From assembly GCF_009914755.1 (NCBI RefSeq), contig NC_060944.1: 64,000 nt of DNA; one strand, 5' to 3'. Made by a program: the position numbers and the translations under genes. Shown here piece by piece: positions 37,358-63,790 of the stretch (its first letter is position 1; each line of letters starts with the position of its first letter). Origin of the DNA: the human T2T-CHM13v2.0 reference genome, Homo sapiens. A model generated the notes under the pieces. The model saw nothing but the letters and a program-made list of their open reading frames with translations, ran no database searches and was not told where the DNA came from.

Positions 37358-39091
37358 TAAATAGTATTGGATTTTAGATTTCAATTTGAATAATTTATTC
37401 TTAGTATATAGCAATACAGTTGATTTTTGTATTTTTGCCTAATATATTATAACTTTGCTAAATTAATTTTAGTAGCTTTTATGTAGTTTGCTTAGGATTG
37501 TATATATAGGTGATCATGTCTGTGAATAAAGACAGTTTAATTCCTTCCCTTCCAGTCAGCATACCTTTTTTTTCTTGCTCTATTGTTATGGCGAGTACTT
37601 CTAGTACATTGTTGAGTAGACATCTTTGTTTTGTTCTCAGTGTTCGGGGTGAATATTAAGATGTTATGGGTCTGCTGATCTGCTTTGTATTAGTATAGTA
37701 TTGTTTCTAGAATTTCATATAAATCCCATGTAATCATAAAGTATGTTGTGTCAGCTTCTTTTTTTTCTTTACGTATATTTTGTTGCTGTTGTTGTGTCAT
37801 ACTTCTTTTGCTTAGTCTAATTCCCTGAGATTCATTCATGTTGTTGCATATATGAGTTCTTATTTTGTTTCTGAGTATGTATATAGTATATAGACAATAC
37901 ATATGGGCAGTTTGTTTATTTACCAGTTGAGCAACATTTCTTAGCTATTATGAATAGAGCCGCTGTGAACATTTGAATACAAACCTTAGCGTGGGCAGAA
38001 GGTTTCATTTTCTTGGACAAATATCTAGGAGGTGGAATTGCTGGATCATATGGTAAATGTATGTTTAACTTTATAAGGAACTGTAAAACTGTTTACCTGT
38101 CTGTTCCATTTTGTGTTCTCACCAGCAGTATAGCCAAATTTCAGTTTTGTAACCTCACCAACACTTGGTATTAATATTCTCCTATGTTTTAGCCATTCTG
38201 GTAGATATGTAGTGGTATCCCATTGTGATTTTAATTTGAAATGTCATTCAGCTTCTTTGGTGAAGTGTCTGTTCAAATCTTTTGCCTCCTTTTCCTTTCC
38301 TTTTTCTTTTCTCCTCCCCCTTCTGTTTTGAAAATCAGGTTGCTTTTCTGTTACTGAATTCTTAGAAAAAACTGAGTTCTTAGGAAAAAAACTCATTTTT
38401 TTAAATGTTCTCGATATCCATCTTTTATTAGATATGGTTTGCAGATATTTTCTCCCAGGCTTTGTTGGTACAATTCTAATTGATCAGCTGAGTCTCTGTA
38501 GTAATGCTCCATTTCTTGGTCATATGTATATTTTGAGGAATAACAAGTGTTTTAAAGCTCAAAATAACAGTTATGCTAACATATACTATAAGCTGCATTC
38601 TTTAATCCATATATAGGGAAAGAAAAACCTAGATTGTTAATCCGGAACATTTACATTCTTAAACATAGTAAATTGTCTACTGTACTTAACTATGTTAAAT
38701 ACTTTTAAATGGCCTAGAGCTTCATCTTTTTATCTAATAAAAATGAATAAATAATTCCTTGTCTGTTTCATTATTTATTATTACTAACTAAAATGAAAAA
38801 CTATGAATATATTGGTCTGGTATAAACCTAATGAAAAGTTGCCAAAATAAAAAAACACTTAATCTTGCCTATAAGCTTTTGCCATTGTTCCCTCTCTAAC
38901 CCTCACTGAAAAACCCAATCTTTATGGCTTACCTCTATTAGTATACAATATATTACTTTTGCATCAAGTATATACACATACTGTCTTGTCTTTTTGTTCT
39001 TTCTATGCGTAACTGTTCTACTGACTTGAATTAGGTTTTGAATGCTTGCTGTGTAAGCTGATGAGAAAAAAAAATCAGCTTTACAATGTGA

Positions 39092-45584
<6,493 letters not shown>

Positions 45585-45589
45585 TAGGC

Positions 45590-46638
<1,049 letters not shown>

Positions 46639-47255
46639 AGACTACAGGTGTGCACCTACATGCCCAGCTAATATGATAAAATTTTTTTGTAGAGAGTGTC
46701 TTGCCACATTGTCCACACCTCAAGTGATCCTCCTTCCTTGGCCTCCCAAAGTGTTGGAATTACTGGCATGAGCCCCCTATCCGGCCAGTGAATGTTAATG
46801 CTTACCTGGTATATGCAAAGCATCCTAGGAGATAGAAAGTTTTGCAAGAAAAGGTCCCTGCCCAAAAAGGAGCTTATTTTTTGGTGCAGACAATATATCC
46901 TATACACATTTTGTCTCCTTTACAGGAAAATAATGTATTATCATTTACTGCAAAACAAATTGTTGTCATGCCTTTGTCATTCTAAAGCTTGTAGGGGCTC
47001 TTTGCCTCTTTATTAAGTGATGATTGATATCTGTGCTTTGAGTTCTTATTTATTTGTTTTTAAAATAGAGATGAGTCTCACTTTGTTGCCCAGGCTGATC
47101 CCAAACTCCTGGTTTCAAGCCATCCTCCTGCATGGGCCTCCTAAAATGCTGGGATTACAGGTATGAAGCCATTGTGCCCAGCCTCACTGTTTTTTTCTTT
47201 TTTTTTTTTTTTTTTGAGACAGTCTTGCTTTTTCACTCAGGCTGGAGTGCAGTAG

Positions 47256-47381
<126 letters not shown>

Positions 47382-47423
47382 TAGTAGAGACGGGGTTTCA
47401 CCATGTTGGTCAGGCTGGTCTCA

Positions 47424-47666
<243 letters not shown>

Positions 47667-47990
47667 TTACGTTCTTTACTTGTAGCGTTGTAAAGAACTT
47701 ATCTGAGAAGTAAATTGAGTGTAATTTACTTTTGCCTGTGGTCATCACTTCTACCTCTTAATGGAGTGTTTTTCTATAGAAAGGTTATAGAATGTAACTC
47801 AAACTTTTATTTTTGTGATAATCGGCGGGGGTGGGGGGGGGAAGTGTTGGGAAAACAGGTGTGAGCCATTGCACCTGTTCTATTTTATATTCTGCTAGGA
47901 AAGAAAATGTAAAACTGCCAAATTAGCTAGTTCAACAAATGACCACCTATAAAAACCAAGGGGTTTACATAGGGTTTTTTTTTTTTTTGA

Positions 47991-48095
<105 letters not shown>

Positions 48096-48398
48096 TGAGT
48101 ATCTGGGACTACAGGTCCTTGTCACCACACCCGGCTAATTTTTTCTACTTTTAGTAGAGATTGGGTTTCACTGTGTTAGCCAGGATGGTCTTGATCTCCT
48201 GACCTGGTTGTGATCTGCCCGCCTCGGCCTCCCAAAGTGCTAGGATTACAGGCATGAGCCACTGTGCCTGGCTGTTTGTTTGTTTGTTTGAGACAGAGCT
48301 TTGCTCTTTCTCCTAGGCTGGAGTGAAGTGGCTCAATCTTGGCTTACTGCAACCTCCACCTCCTGGGTTCAAGTGATTCTCCTGTCTCAGCTTCCTGA

Positions 48399-48638
<240 letters not shown>

Positions 48639-48900
48639 TGATCTTTAGTTGACTTGACACAAGTCTTTTGGTCTGGACTGCTATAGTAATTCACGATGTG
48701 GTTTTTTTAGGCACTGCGTTAGAAGCGAAGAATAATATTAATTTATTTGGGTTAGAGAGTAGTGGTGAACCTGACTTGTAACATTCTGTTTAAGAGAGTC
48801 TGATGTTCCAGTCTGTAACTGCAATTGGAAGAGCTTTGGAAAAATGATTTGTGGACACATAAGATACTTTTTAAAAACATAATTTTCTCTGCCTCCTTAA

Positions 48901-49053
<153 letters not shown>

Positions 49054-50063
49054 TGAGTAGCTGGGATTACAAGATTACAGGCGTGTGCCACCATGCCAGT
49101 CTAATTTTTGTAATTTTAGTAGAGACAGGGTTTCCCCATGTTGGCCAGGCTGGTCTCGAACTCCTGACCTCATGATCCTCCCACCTTGGCCTCCCAAAGT
49201 GTTGGGATTTCAGGCGTAAGCCACTGTGCCCAGCCACTATTCTTCTCTTTCAGATGAATCTAAAAGATGTTTAGTTTTCAGAAACTGGAGAAGATGTTAT
49301 ATTCTCACTTTTCCCTGTTAAGTTTCAGCATCTGTTCTGGCTGTTTTACTTTTTCTCAAACCTTTTATTTAGAACAAAAACTTGGATGAATTGATTTCAA
49401 GACTTCACTTTGCCTTTGGGTAAGGTTTTCCTTAGTGGTTTGCCTGAGTTGTGTTTTAGTATCTTTCTTGGGTTGCTTAGCTTTTTCAGCCTTTGGGACA
49501 ATCTGTTGACTTAGTTGTGAATTTTAGCTTTTCATTTCTTGTGCCATAGAATTTGTATGTGCTGCCAGGCATGGTGGCATGTTCCTGTAGTCCCAGCTAC
49601 TTGATAAGGTGGCTTGATAAGCTACTTGATAAGGTGGTAGGAGGTAGCTTGATCCCAAGAGTTTGAGGCTGCAGTGAGCTCTGGTCATACCATCGTACTA
49701 TATGTAGCCTGGGTGACAACGATACCCTGTCTCCAGGAAAAAATAAAATAAAAGTTATGCTAATAGAACATAAACTATTTGAGGACTGGGAGGTATCTGT
49801 TTTGTTTACTGCTATATCCTTAGTGCTCAGAATGGTGGCAGACACATAGTAGGTACTCAAATATTTGCTGAATAAATTTAGAGTAGCAGTAGCAGGTTTT
49901 TATTTATTGAGCACACACTGAATGGCAAAGTGCTAAGCTCTTTGAATGGATTTGGTGGTTTTTCCATTTTATAGCTTGTTTTCTGTTCATATGATAGTTT
50001 ATGAATGGGTGTGAGGGAGGAAGGAGGAGATGAAGCCAGCGTTGTTGAGGATGCTGCTAGCTA

Positions 50064-50330
50064 TTACCAAATTTCATCAAGTTTAAGATACCATCAATTA
50101 TAGAACACAACATTATTTTACGTATTACTAGGTCTCAAACTCCTGGCCTCAAGTGATCCGCCTGCCTTGGCCCCCCAAAGTGTTGGGATTACAGGTGTGA
50201 GCCACCGCACCCGGCCTATTTTATGTACTACTGGGAAAGAAAATGTAAAACTTTCAAATAAATAATTGGATACTGCCAATAACATGACATATTCTGATTT
50301 TAAAGATGTAAAAATATGAACAAACCCCAA
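50064..50330. mobile_element. MER104-like Tc2 MITE interrupted by a short Alu fragment (50131-50216)
   Basis: TACCAAATTTCATCAAGTTTAAGATACCATCAATT...TATTTTATGTACTACT..AAAGAAAA..CTGCCAAT..GATTTTAAAGATGT; TATTTTAYGTAYTACT is duplicated around the Alu piece. Confidence 0.55.
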
Positions 50331-50658
50331 AATATTTAAGGGATACTAGTTTTACATAAACTCTCATTTAACAATCATGAAACCTTCTAGAGTTGGATAT
50401 TACTATCTTCATTTGAGAGAGGAGGAAATTGAAGCTCATGGGTTAATTACATAAGCTCTCCAGTAGAGGATCCAGATTGAGGTCTCTCAGATTTCGGAGG
50501 CCATGCCCTTTTTACCACCCTACATTGCCTTAGGAGTCAAGGAAATAAAATAGTACATTGGCCTGTCTGTCAACTTTGGCTTGAAGATAGTCAACTTTGG
50601 CTTGGAGATACTTAGTTGGCATGGCTTTAAACATTTTCTTTGAAATGGATTTTTCCTA

Positions 50659-51007
<349 letters not shown>

Positions 51008-51709
51008 CTAGCTACTCTGTGGGTCTGTGTGTATACAAAACAATATAAGGTCTTATCTCTTCTTCTCAAGGAATTTATAGTCTGTTTGGGGAGATGAGAA
51101 CTAAACATGAAAGATAACTAGAGAAGATTTAAATAACATTTCAGAGAATAATGCAAGAGGTTTAACAAGGCAGTGAAGGATTAATTGCCAAATAAATTGT
51201 ACAAATAATTGCTTTTGGAGTTCAGAGGAAGAAATGATTGTTTGGGGCTGGGGTAATCTAGGGAAGGATGTAAATGAATTCCTGGGAGATATTTTCAGTT
51301 AGTGAGATTATTTACTTTACCTTTAAAATCATATTAATGTTTGTTACAAATGGAACTGCAAACTGTTTGAACATGAACTATTGTATCTTAATTTTTTTAA
51401 ATCTCCATATGAGAGTGCAGGAGCTACTACCCCAGAGAAAAGTAGATCATGCTTTCTACATGTATTTGCTTCTATTGTATCAAGTAGATGGAGAAAGTAC
51501 TCAGTTTTAGAAGAAAAATCTTTGGGTGAAAAAAAAGAGGAACTCCCTGTCCCTAAATTCCTTCAATGTCACTCTTGCCACGTTTTCAATCAGTTGTACT
51601 TTGTGAGTCATTGCCGAGGTCACTTTTTGTGACTTGTAGCATTCATGATTAACTTCTAAAGGGTGGAAACAAGCATTAATCCCCTTTACATCACTAATGT
51701 TCTCTCTGT

Positions 51710-51850
51710 CCCCCCTCCCCCTCCTTTCCCCACTCTCCCCTCCCCCCTCCCCTCCCCTCCCCTCCCCTCCCCTCCCCTCCCCTCCCCTCCCCTCCCCCCT
51801 CCCCTCCCCTCTCCCCTCCCCTCCCTTCTCCTCCCTTCCCCTCTCTCTCC
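51710..51850. repeat. (CCCCT)n polypyrimidine tract
   Basis: About 140 bp of almost pure C/T pentamer repeats at an Alu tail position. Confidence 0.95.
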
Positions 51851-52326
51851 TCAGGCTCAAAGGATCCTCCCACCTCAGTCTCCTGAGTAGTTGGGACCAC
51901 AGGTGTGTGTCACTGTGCCCGTTTAATTTTTAAATTTTTTTGTAGAGATGGGGCCTTTCTATGTTGTTGCTCAGGCTGGTCTCGAACTCCTGGCCTCAAG
52001 TTACCCTCCTGCCCTCAAGTTACCCTCCTGCCTTGCAAGGCCTCCCAAAGTACTGGGATTCCAGGCAATACTCCTTCATACCGTTTTGAAGCAAATACTA
52101 GACATTATATAATTTCCTTAAGTATCTATAAAAGATACAACTGTCTTTCATAAAAAGCAAACTCTACATTATTACATCTAGAAAACCTGCATTAATTTCT
52201 TAGTAGCATCAAATACACAGTCACTTCAGTTTTCTAGTTCTCCTCATTTTTTAATTTGTTGGAATCAGATTCAAACAAGATGCAGACATTGCAATTTGGT
52301 TTTTATGCGACCTAAGTTTCTGTTAA

Positions 52327-52695
<369 letters not shown>

Positions 52696-52884
52696 TAAAG
52701 TGCTGGGATTACAGGCACAAGTAACCGTGCCCGGCTTCCTGTAGAGTTTCTTATTGTCTGGATTTTGCAAAGTATGTCTTTGTGGTGGTTTTTCAGTGTG
52801 TCCTCTGTCCTCTCTCTCTCTATTTTTAAAATGGTAGTTAGCTTTCAAGTCTTGATCAGTTTCTGGTTCAGTTATTTTTTACAA

Positions 52885-53790
<906 letters not shown>

Positions 53791-53877
53791 TGAGACTACT
53801 TCCCAGGGAGTGTGGTTTATCAGAAGACACATGACGTCTGTTTTTCTTTGAGTTGTTAATATTAGCAGATACTATAA

Positions 53878-54090
<213 letters not shown>

Positions 54091-55531
54091 TAGACGGGGT
54101 TTCACCATGTTGGCCAGGCTGGTCTCGAATTCCTGACCTCAGGTGATCCACCTGCCTTGTCCTCCCAGGGAGCTGGGATTACAGGCGTGAGCCACTGTGC
54201 CCAGCCAAGAAAAGCTTTTTCTAATCAAGTATTTGGTCACCTGGTGTGGGTACAGTTTACATAGGAAAGATGTGATATATGTTAGACTCTATTTACTAGT
54301 ATTTAAAATAACAAGTTGGTTTACTAGTATTCTCCTGTGGTAAAAAACATTTTTTTTCTCAAAGTTTAAAAAAAAACTATTTTGAAATAATTTTAGACTT
54401 TTGGGAATGTTGCAAAAATAGTAGAGTTTTCCTGTGTACTCCACCCCGATTCCCCCAATTTAATAACTTGCATAGCCATGTTATAGTGATCAAAACTAAG
54501 GCTAACACTGGTATAATACTGTTAACTAAGTAGCAGATATTGTCAAATTTCCACTCTTGTGTTTTTTTCTGTTCCAGGATCCAATCCTATTCTTTATTAA
54601 TCTCTCCCTTTTGTTTTTTTGGGGTTTATTTTGTTCAAGTTTTTTTTTTTCAGTTAGGTGTAGGATGGATGTTCATGATAATGTATCTTTATTTGTCTTT
54701 TATTTAATACTACTTTTTTTTTTTTTTTTTTTTTCCCTTAAACGCAGGGTCTCACTGTCACCCAGGCTGGAATGCAGTTGTGCTGACATGGTTCACTGCA
54801 GCCTCAACCTCCTGGGTTTAAGCGGTCCTTCTGTGTAGCTGGGACCACAGGCATGTGTCAGCATGCCTGACTAATTGTTGTGGGTATTTAAAAAAATTTA
54901 TGAAGTTTGTATTTTGTTTTAGATGTTGCCTTTATATTAAAATCCTTATGTAATAGACTTAGTGCCCCCCCAATTTTTTGGTTATTTTCTGTTGGTTTCT
55001 TACTTTGAATACTATTGAAATTACCTAGTAACTTCTTTTTCTTCCCAAGCATTTGATTTAAAGTAATATCTTTTTCTTTCAGTTGATATCAGGTAATCAG
55101 CCAGTTTTTTTTCCAGTTTTTATCTCTTCATACTTCAGTTTATGGATAGTTGTGCTCTAGCTACAATGTTGGAACATATAGTCATTATGTAGTATAAAGT
55201 GTCACTTAGAACCCTCATTCAGGTTTTTACAGATAAATATATATTTAATGCCCACTACCATTTTTATGTTGATATGGACTTTCCAGTTATTTGGGTCATC
55301 TGGAATTCATTTTCTCTAATAAATTCCTCAGGAAGAGCTTATGGGAACAGTATTCCTTGTGTTCCCCTATGTTTGAGAAGTTTGTCTGCAGCTTTAATAG
55401 TTAAAAGCTGGCTTGGTGATGATAAAATTCTGTTCCACAGTATCTGAAATATGTCATTCCACTGTCTTCTGGCACAGAGCATAGCTGTTACAGTATGATG
55501 ATGTCGACCTGTTTTTCTTTGAGCAATGTAG

Positions 55532-55780
<249 letters not shown>

Positions 55781-56237
55781 TAGGCTGATCTCGAATTCCT
55801 GACCTCAGGTGATCCACCTGCTTTGGCCTCCCAAAGTGCTGGGATTACTGGCGTGAGCCACTGCGCCTGGCCTTTGTAATCTTATTGGTGTTGGTTGGTC
55901 TGACACATTTTTCCTTGGGCATTCAGTGAGTCTTTTCAATATGTATTAATAGTTTCAAGCTTCCTTCCCCTCTTCTTTTTTTGTCTCTGTTTTTCTCAAT
56001 ATCATGAAGGTTTTCTTAGTGCTGTTTTTTTTTTATTTGCTTTTTGTTTTTTTTGTCTTACTGCCTTGGTTTTCTTCTTTGGGATTCCTACTATACATAT
56101 ATTGGATCATCTTTGTGATATATATATGGAGACACGGTCTCGGTCTGTCGCCTAGGCTGAAGTGCAGTGGTGTGATCATGGCTCATTGCAACCTCCACCT
56201 CCTGGGCTCAAGCGATCCTCCTGCCTCAGCATCCTGA

Positions 56238-56474
<237 letters not shown>

Positions 56475-56947
56475 TGAACCTTTTCATTTAGATTTCTAAT
56501 GGACAACTGAAACTCAACATGTCCCAAACCAATCTCATCATTTTCCCTGTAAGATCTTCACTAAAGCCTTTTCTTTCTCATTGTTGGTAATTCATTCTTG
56601 CTGTTGCTTAGGCTTAAAAACCTTGACTACTCTTTTATCTCCTTGCTATTTTTAAGATATATGTAGTGTCTGGCCACATCTCAGTAATTCCATTGAACCA
56701 ACATTTTCTGTGAGTTATTGTAATAACATCCTAATAAGTCTTCCTGCATTTTACTCTTGTTTCCTTGTATCCTGTTAGTAACGTAACAGCTGGAGGGATC
56801 TTTTACAATCCTAAACCGGTTTGTCATTCCTCTCTTCTAGACTATGTAGAGGTTTCTTATTTCACCCGGAGTAGAAATGAAAGTTCTTACTTTGTTTCAA
56901 TGAGACTCTGTGACTTGCCTCTGTTTTTTTTTTTTTTTTTTTTTTAA

Positions 56948-57106
<159 letters not shown>

Positions 57107-57702
57107 TAGTAGAGATGGGGTTTCTCCATGTTGGTCAGGCTGGTCTTGAACTCCCTAACTCAGGTGATCTTCCCGCCCTGGCCTCCCAAAGTGCTGAGGT
57201 TACAGGCATGAGCCACCGCTACCGGCCTGCCTCTGTTACATCTCTGATCTCACCTATCATTCCTGTCTTCCTTGTTCATTCTTGATCCAGTACCGTTCTT
57301 CATCCAGTGCAGGCACATTCTTGCCTTTGGGTATGCCCTTTCTTGGAATGTTTCTGTCATATGTCTGATTAAGTTCCTCATCTCTTTAAAGTCTCAATTC
57401 TTACACTCTTAATGAGGCCCACCCTTACCACCCTATTTAATACCGGAACCTCTGACCTTATAGCACTAATGCTCTAATATATTAATACTTTACTTATTTA
57501 TTGTGTTTAATTATAAAGCATATGCTCCACAAGAACAAGAATCCTAGTCCCCATTGCTCACTGACATATCTCAAACACTTAGGTAAGTGTCTGGCATATG
57601 GTAGATGTTCATCATTCATTTGTCGAGTGAATAAACACACTCTGTATTTCCTTGAAAGGGTGACGTCCTAAAGCCCTTCTCTTACCCCATCTGTGGCGTT
57701 AA

Positions 57703-57933
<231 letters not shown>

Positions 57934-58720
57934 TGAGTAGCTGGGACTACAGGCGCCCATCACCATGCCCGACTAATTTTTTGTGTGTGTGTTTTTAGTA
58001 GAGACAGGGTTTCACCACATTAGCCAGGATAGTCTCGATCTCCTGACCTCGTGATCCACCCGCCTCGGCCTCCCAAAGTGCTGGGATTACAGGCATGAGC
58101 CACCGCGCCCGGCCCGTTTTATTATTTTTTGAGATGGAGTGTCGCTCTGTCACCCAGACTGAAGTGCAGTGGCATGATCTCAGCTCACTGCAACCTCCAC
58201 CTCCTGGGTTCAAGCGATTGTCGTGCCTTAGCCTCCCGAGTAGCTAGGATTACAGGCGCCTGCCACCACCCCCTGCTAATTATTTTATTTTATTTTATTT
58301 TTATTTTTAATAAAGATGGGGTTTACCAAGTTGGCCAGGCTGGTCTTGAACTCCTGACCTCAGGTTATCCACCTGCCTCGACCTCCCAAAGTGCTGGGAT
58401 TATAGGTGTGAGCCACCATGCTCAGCCTTTGTTGGTTTTATTTTAGCTTCCCGTCTCTTTAGGCTGGAACTGTTTCTAGAAATCCATTTAAGATGGAAGT
58501 TGACTCTGAAATTGGTTAAATAAAGTTAGGGTGATTTGTTAATATAGAGGAATTGTGAGTTACCACCTGTCATATATATAAGAGAATTTCTTATTTGTTT
58601 TCTTACTCTCTAAGCCTAATAAAAAAAGGTTCCTTTAAAAAAAAAAAATTCATTCTAGGCCAGGTGCGGTGGCCCACACCTGTAATCCCAGCACTTTGGG
58701 AGGTTGAGGCAGGCAGATCA

Positions 58721-58939
<219 letters not shown>

Positions 58940-59909
58940 TCAAAAAATAAAATAAAATAAAAATAAAAATTAAAAAAAAATCTTTTTTACTGCATTTTCA
59001 GTGGCAGTTTGAGAAGAAGGGGTGGTACATGTCGATAGACATTAACATGCAATTGAGAAATGCTTTTAAAAAAGTGTGCATGTATATTATGCCTTCTCAA
59101 TGTTTTTATTCTGTTTCAGCAAATCAGTAGAGTTGCAGTAATCTAGAAAGGATTAATTATGTCATGATGGTTTACTGTGTAGTCTCCCCAAGAAGGGCCA
59201 CTCTGTTCTGCGTACTGCTGTTAGGCACAAGATGTGAAATAATATCTGTGAGGTCTTCATTTGGTGAATATGATAAAATCAATAGCATTTTAAAGGGTCT
59301 CCTAAAAATACCATTTAATGAATTTTAAAAATTAATAGTGAATTATTATTATTGAGAACATTTGTTAAATTAGTGTTTTCTTGGTTTGGATTGGATGTAA
59401 TGCATAAACTTCAAAGATGTAAAAACTGTATTTAAAACATTTTTTAAATTTTTTGTAGAGATGGGGGTCTCACCACGTTGCCTAGGGTGGTCTCGAGCTC
59501 TTGGGCTCAAGTGATCCTCCCACCTCAGCCTCCAAAAGTGTTAGATTACAGTCCTGAGCCATCATGGACTTAACTATCCTTAATTTTGTATCACCTATGG
59601 AGAACATGTATTAACTTTGTAATAAAAAAGTTTTTAGGCCTGGTGCAGCAGCTCTTGCCTGTAATGCCAGCACATTGGGAGGCTGAGGTGAGAGGATCAC
59701 TTAAGCCCAGGAGTTTGAGGCCAGCCTGGGCAACATGGCAAGACCCCAGATTGACAAAAAATTAAAAAAAAAAATTAGCTGGGCATGATGTGGTTAAAAA
59801 AAAATTTATCTGGGCACAGGATGACAGGTACCTGCGGTCCCAGCTACCCGGAAGGCTGAGACATGGCAATCACTTGAGACCAGGAGGTTGAGGCTACAGC
59901 AAACTATGA

Positions 59910-60221
<312 letters not shown>

Positions 60222-60681
60222 TAAATAGCTGGGACTACAGGCGCACGCCACCACCATGCCTGGCTAATTTTTGTAATTTTTTGTAGAGACATGATTTCAC
60301 CATGTTGCTTAGGCTGGTCTCAAACTCCTGAGCTCAAGCAGTCTGCCTACCTGGGCCTCCCAGAGTGCTGGGATTACAGGCGTGAGCCACTGTGCTGGCT
60401 GTTCTTTTAACTTTTTAAGTTGGCCTGAGAAAGCTTGCAGAGCCTTATTCTCCAGATGTCTCTTTTTACAATTATTCTTCTAACTGCCAAAAGAAGTAAG
60501 AAGTCTCCCGTTTTACTGTGTTGTATTTCAATTTTTTTTTTTTTTTTAAAAGGGTTTGAAGTCCAGGCGCGGTGGCTCACACCTGTAATCCCGGCACTTT
60601 GGGAGGCCGAGGTGGGCAGATGACCTGAGGTTGGGAGTTTGAGACCAACCTGACCAACATGGAGAAACCCCATCTCTACTA

Positions 60682-60914
<233 letters not shown>

Positions 60915-63329
60915 TTAACAAGTGAATGACTCTCAATGACTGATTAACAAACGACCTATTAGTTGGTTTCTAAGTGTGTTTTCATCAGAATTGAGGTGGA
61001 AGTTAATCAAATTGCTCTCTGAGAGATCATGAAAACATAATTTTTGATGGTAGTTCACTGAGACTCTTATCATGTAATTAAGATTATACTGAAAGAATTG
61101 AATGACATCGCTTTCACATAACTCCTTCCATGTATTTAATCTACTTATGTCAGCACATTTTAATCTTACAAAAAATGAGTGCATGTCAGTGGTGGGAGAA
61201 GGACAAAACATCTTGCTCATTGTAGCGAACAGATTCACTGACAGTGAAAAGTGTATTTTTATGTATATATTACCCAAATTTGTAATATGTTTATGTTTTG
61301 AACAATTACATCCTAATAATGATCATAGTAACTCAGAATAAGATGTTTTTCAATACTTAGACCTTATGATCAGATGGAATTTAATTATTTCAGTTTATAT
61401 ATCTTTTTTCAGATATAGGATAATAAAATACATTCAAGCATAAAATGGCATTTCCTCATGATTAAATTCTGGGGAAGAAGAACGGAAATTTTATATTTCA
61501 GGAGAAAGGAAGAGTTGTAGAATTTCTGACTTGGAGATGATCTAGGTTCTTTTCAATATGTAAGAGTGATATAACACCTTATTAAAATGCTAATGCTCAT
61601 AATATCTTGCAAGTGACTACTTCGTAACTAAATTGATGAAAAATTTAAATGTCAACTTGCAAATGTTCTGGGGCCCATAGTTTTTCAAGAATCTTCTGGT
61701 AGGTACTTGAGCAAAAACATTCAAGTCCTTTGGTACCTGTTTGTTGTCAGGCTCCGTGCTGGCTGTGTTGGTGATGTAATGACACGTTCCCTGAATTGAC
61801 ACATTCCCATCTTTCAAGCAGTAGACTTTCTACAACAACCAACTTAATTTATGTCTGAAGCAAAGACGTATAACTGTACACACTAAAGATCTTTACATTT
61901 CGTGTTTTTATAAACAGAATTACAAATGCATATTTTGTATTTGAAATTTTAAGACCCCTCACCTCCAGGATGTGTGTGTGTTTCTTTATGAAAGTGCAGG
62001 CTGGAAGATAAATTTTCTTACTAAGATGAATGTTTCTTTTTGACAGTGATTAAAAGATGATTAAAATAGTGGTGATTCTGTTGAAAAATTTTAAACATGT
62101 ATTTTTTAAAAATGGAAAAACATTATTTGTGTATGCCATAGCAATTTATTTTGCCCACGTAGGAAACAGAAAGGGAAAAGAAGAATTTTTATATGGTTCA
62201 ATATTTTACTGTTAAGATAACTTAATACGTATGTATCCTTCCATGAGGAATAAATAGGAAGGCTAAAATAGAAAGGTTAATGTAAACATTTTTTAAAAGT
62301 AAATTGTTAGGTTTTAAAAAAACTTTAATTTTACTGTTGTTTTTTGGGCTTTAAGGAAGCTCTGTATCTCTAGGTTTTTAAATCCTAATGTACCAGGTTG
62401 GCCCTTTTGCTGAGGATGAGGCACTTCTGTGGCAGTGTTGCCATGGTGACTGCTTGCCAAGTGCTGTCTCAAGGTCACTCATCACTCATAGCCCTGAATA
62501 CTTGGATTTTGTTAAGGGAAAATATCAACACTCAGTTGATAAAATGAAGTTAATTATCATATCACATTACTGAAGCATATCTAGCAAAGTTATACTTATA
62601 AACAGCATTTTGTGTTAGTATTGATGAACTGTATGTTTTTGAATATTGAGTTTTAACCTGCCAGATTAGAAGGCCAATGGAAAATCTATAAATTAGCCAT
62701 AGCCCATATTGTAATACTTTAATTTTATTCCATTTCTGACTTTAAAAAATGCAGCAGCGTAATTTTACTGTGGTTATGTTTGAAGATATCTAAACATATT
62801 TCCCTCAATATTTGCTTTTTGATATGAGGCAAGAGCAAAGATTTCTTAGCATTTATTTTATATTTTGGTAAACTTAGCTTGAAGTTGCCAGTTGCTGAAG
62901 CCCTTGTCCATATAAGAACAGGATGATCATTATATTTTCCCCAAACCAGATTGCAGGTAGATAGTAGATCTATCTACCTAGGTTCTATTTCATATATTCT
63001 TTGTCTCATACTGCTGTTAATTTTCCTTGTCCTTACTTTGTAGGTTTTAATTTTTTTTGTTATATACGAACATTATACAAGAAAAGCTGTTCATTAAAGG
63101 TTTTTGTTGTTTTTATCAAACCAGTTTTCAATAAAGGAATATATGAAAAGAAATTCCCCTTTGCATTAGCCTATATTTCATCTGGGTCTTGTTCTAGAGA
63201 GAAAATCAGAGCTATGTGTCTTCATTAGGATGAAAGGTGACTTTGAAATCAGAGATGAGAAGCATTACTGTAAAAGGGAAAAATGTGATTGAAACAAACA
63301 AAAACATGCTTTTCAAAATACATGGTTAG

Positions 63330-63634
63330 ATTTTTTTTTTTTTTTTTAAGACAGGGTTTTGCTCTGTCACCCAGGCTGGATGGAGTACAGTGGTACGATC
63401 TTGGTTCACTGTAAAGTCTGCCTCCAGGGCTCAAGGGATCCTCCCACCTCAGCCTCCCGGGTAGCTGGGACTACAAGCACACACCACCATGTCCAGCTAA
63501 TTTTCGTATTTTTATGTAGAGACGGGGTTTCGCCATGTTGCTCAGTCTGGTCTTGAATTCCTGGGCTTAAGGGATTTGCTCGCTTTGGCCTCCTGAAGTG
63601 TTAGGATTACAGGCGTGAGCCACCGTGCCTGGCC
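63330..63634 (-). mobile_element. AluJ-like element
   Basis: Alu consensus with J-type features. Confidence 0.85.
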
Positions 63635-63790
63635 TGAAAATCTGGTCTTTTGGCTAATTAGAATCTAACTAGTTCCTCTGCTTTCAAGGGAATTGGATGA
63701 ATTGGTTCTCCTAAAGCATTTTCATCTCTGCTTCTGTAGAGCAGACACCTTTGCAGTGTCCGATCAAGATACTTTTACACTCTTGAAAAT

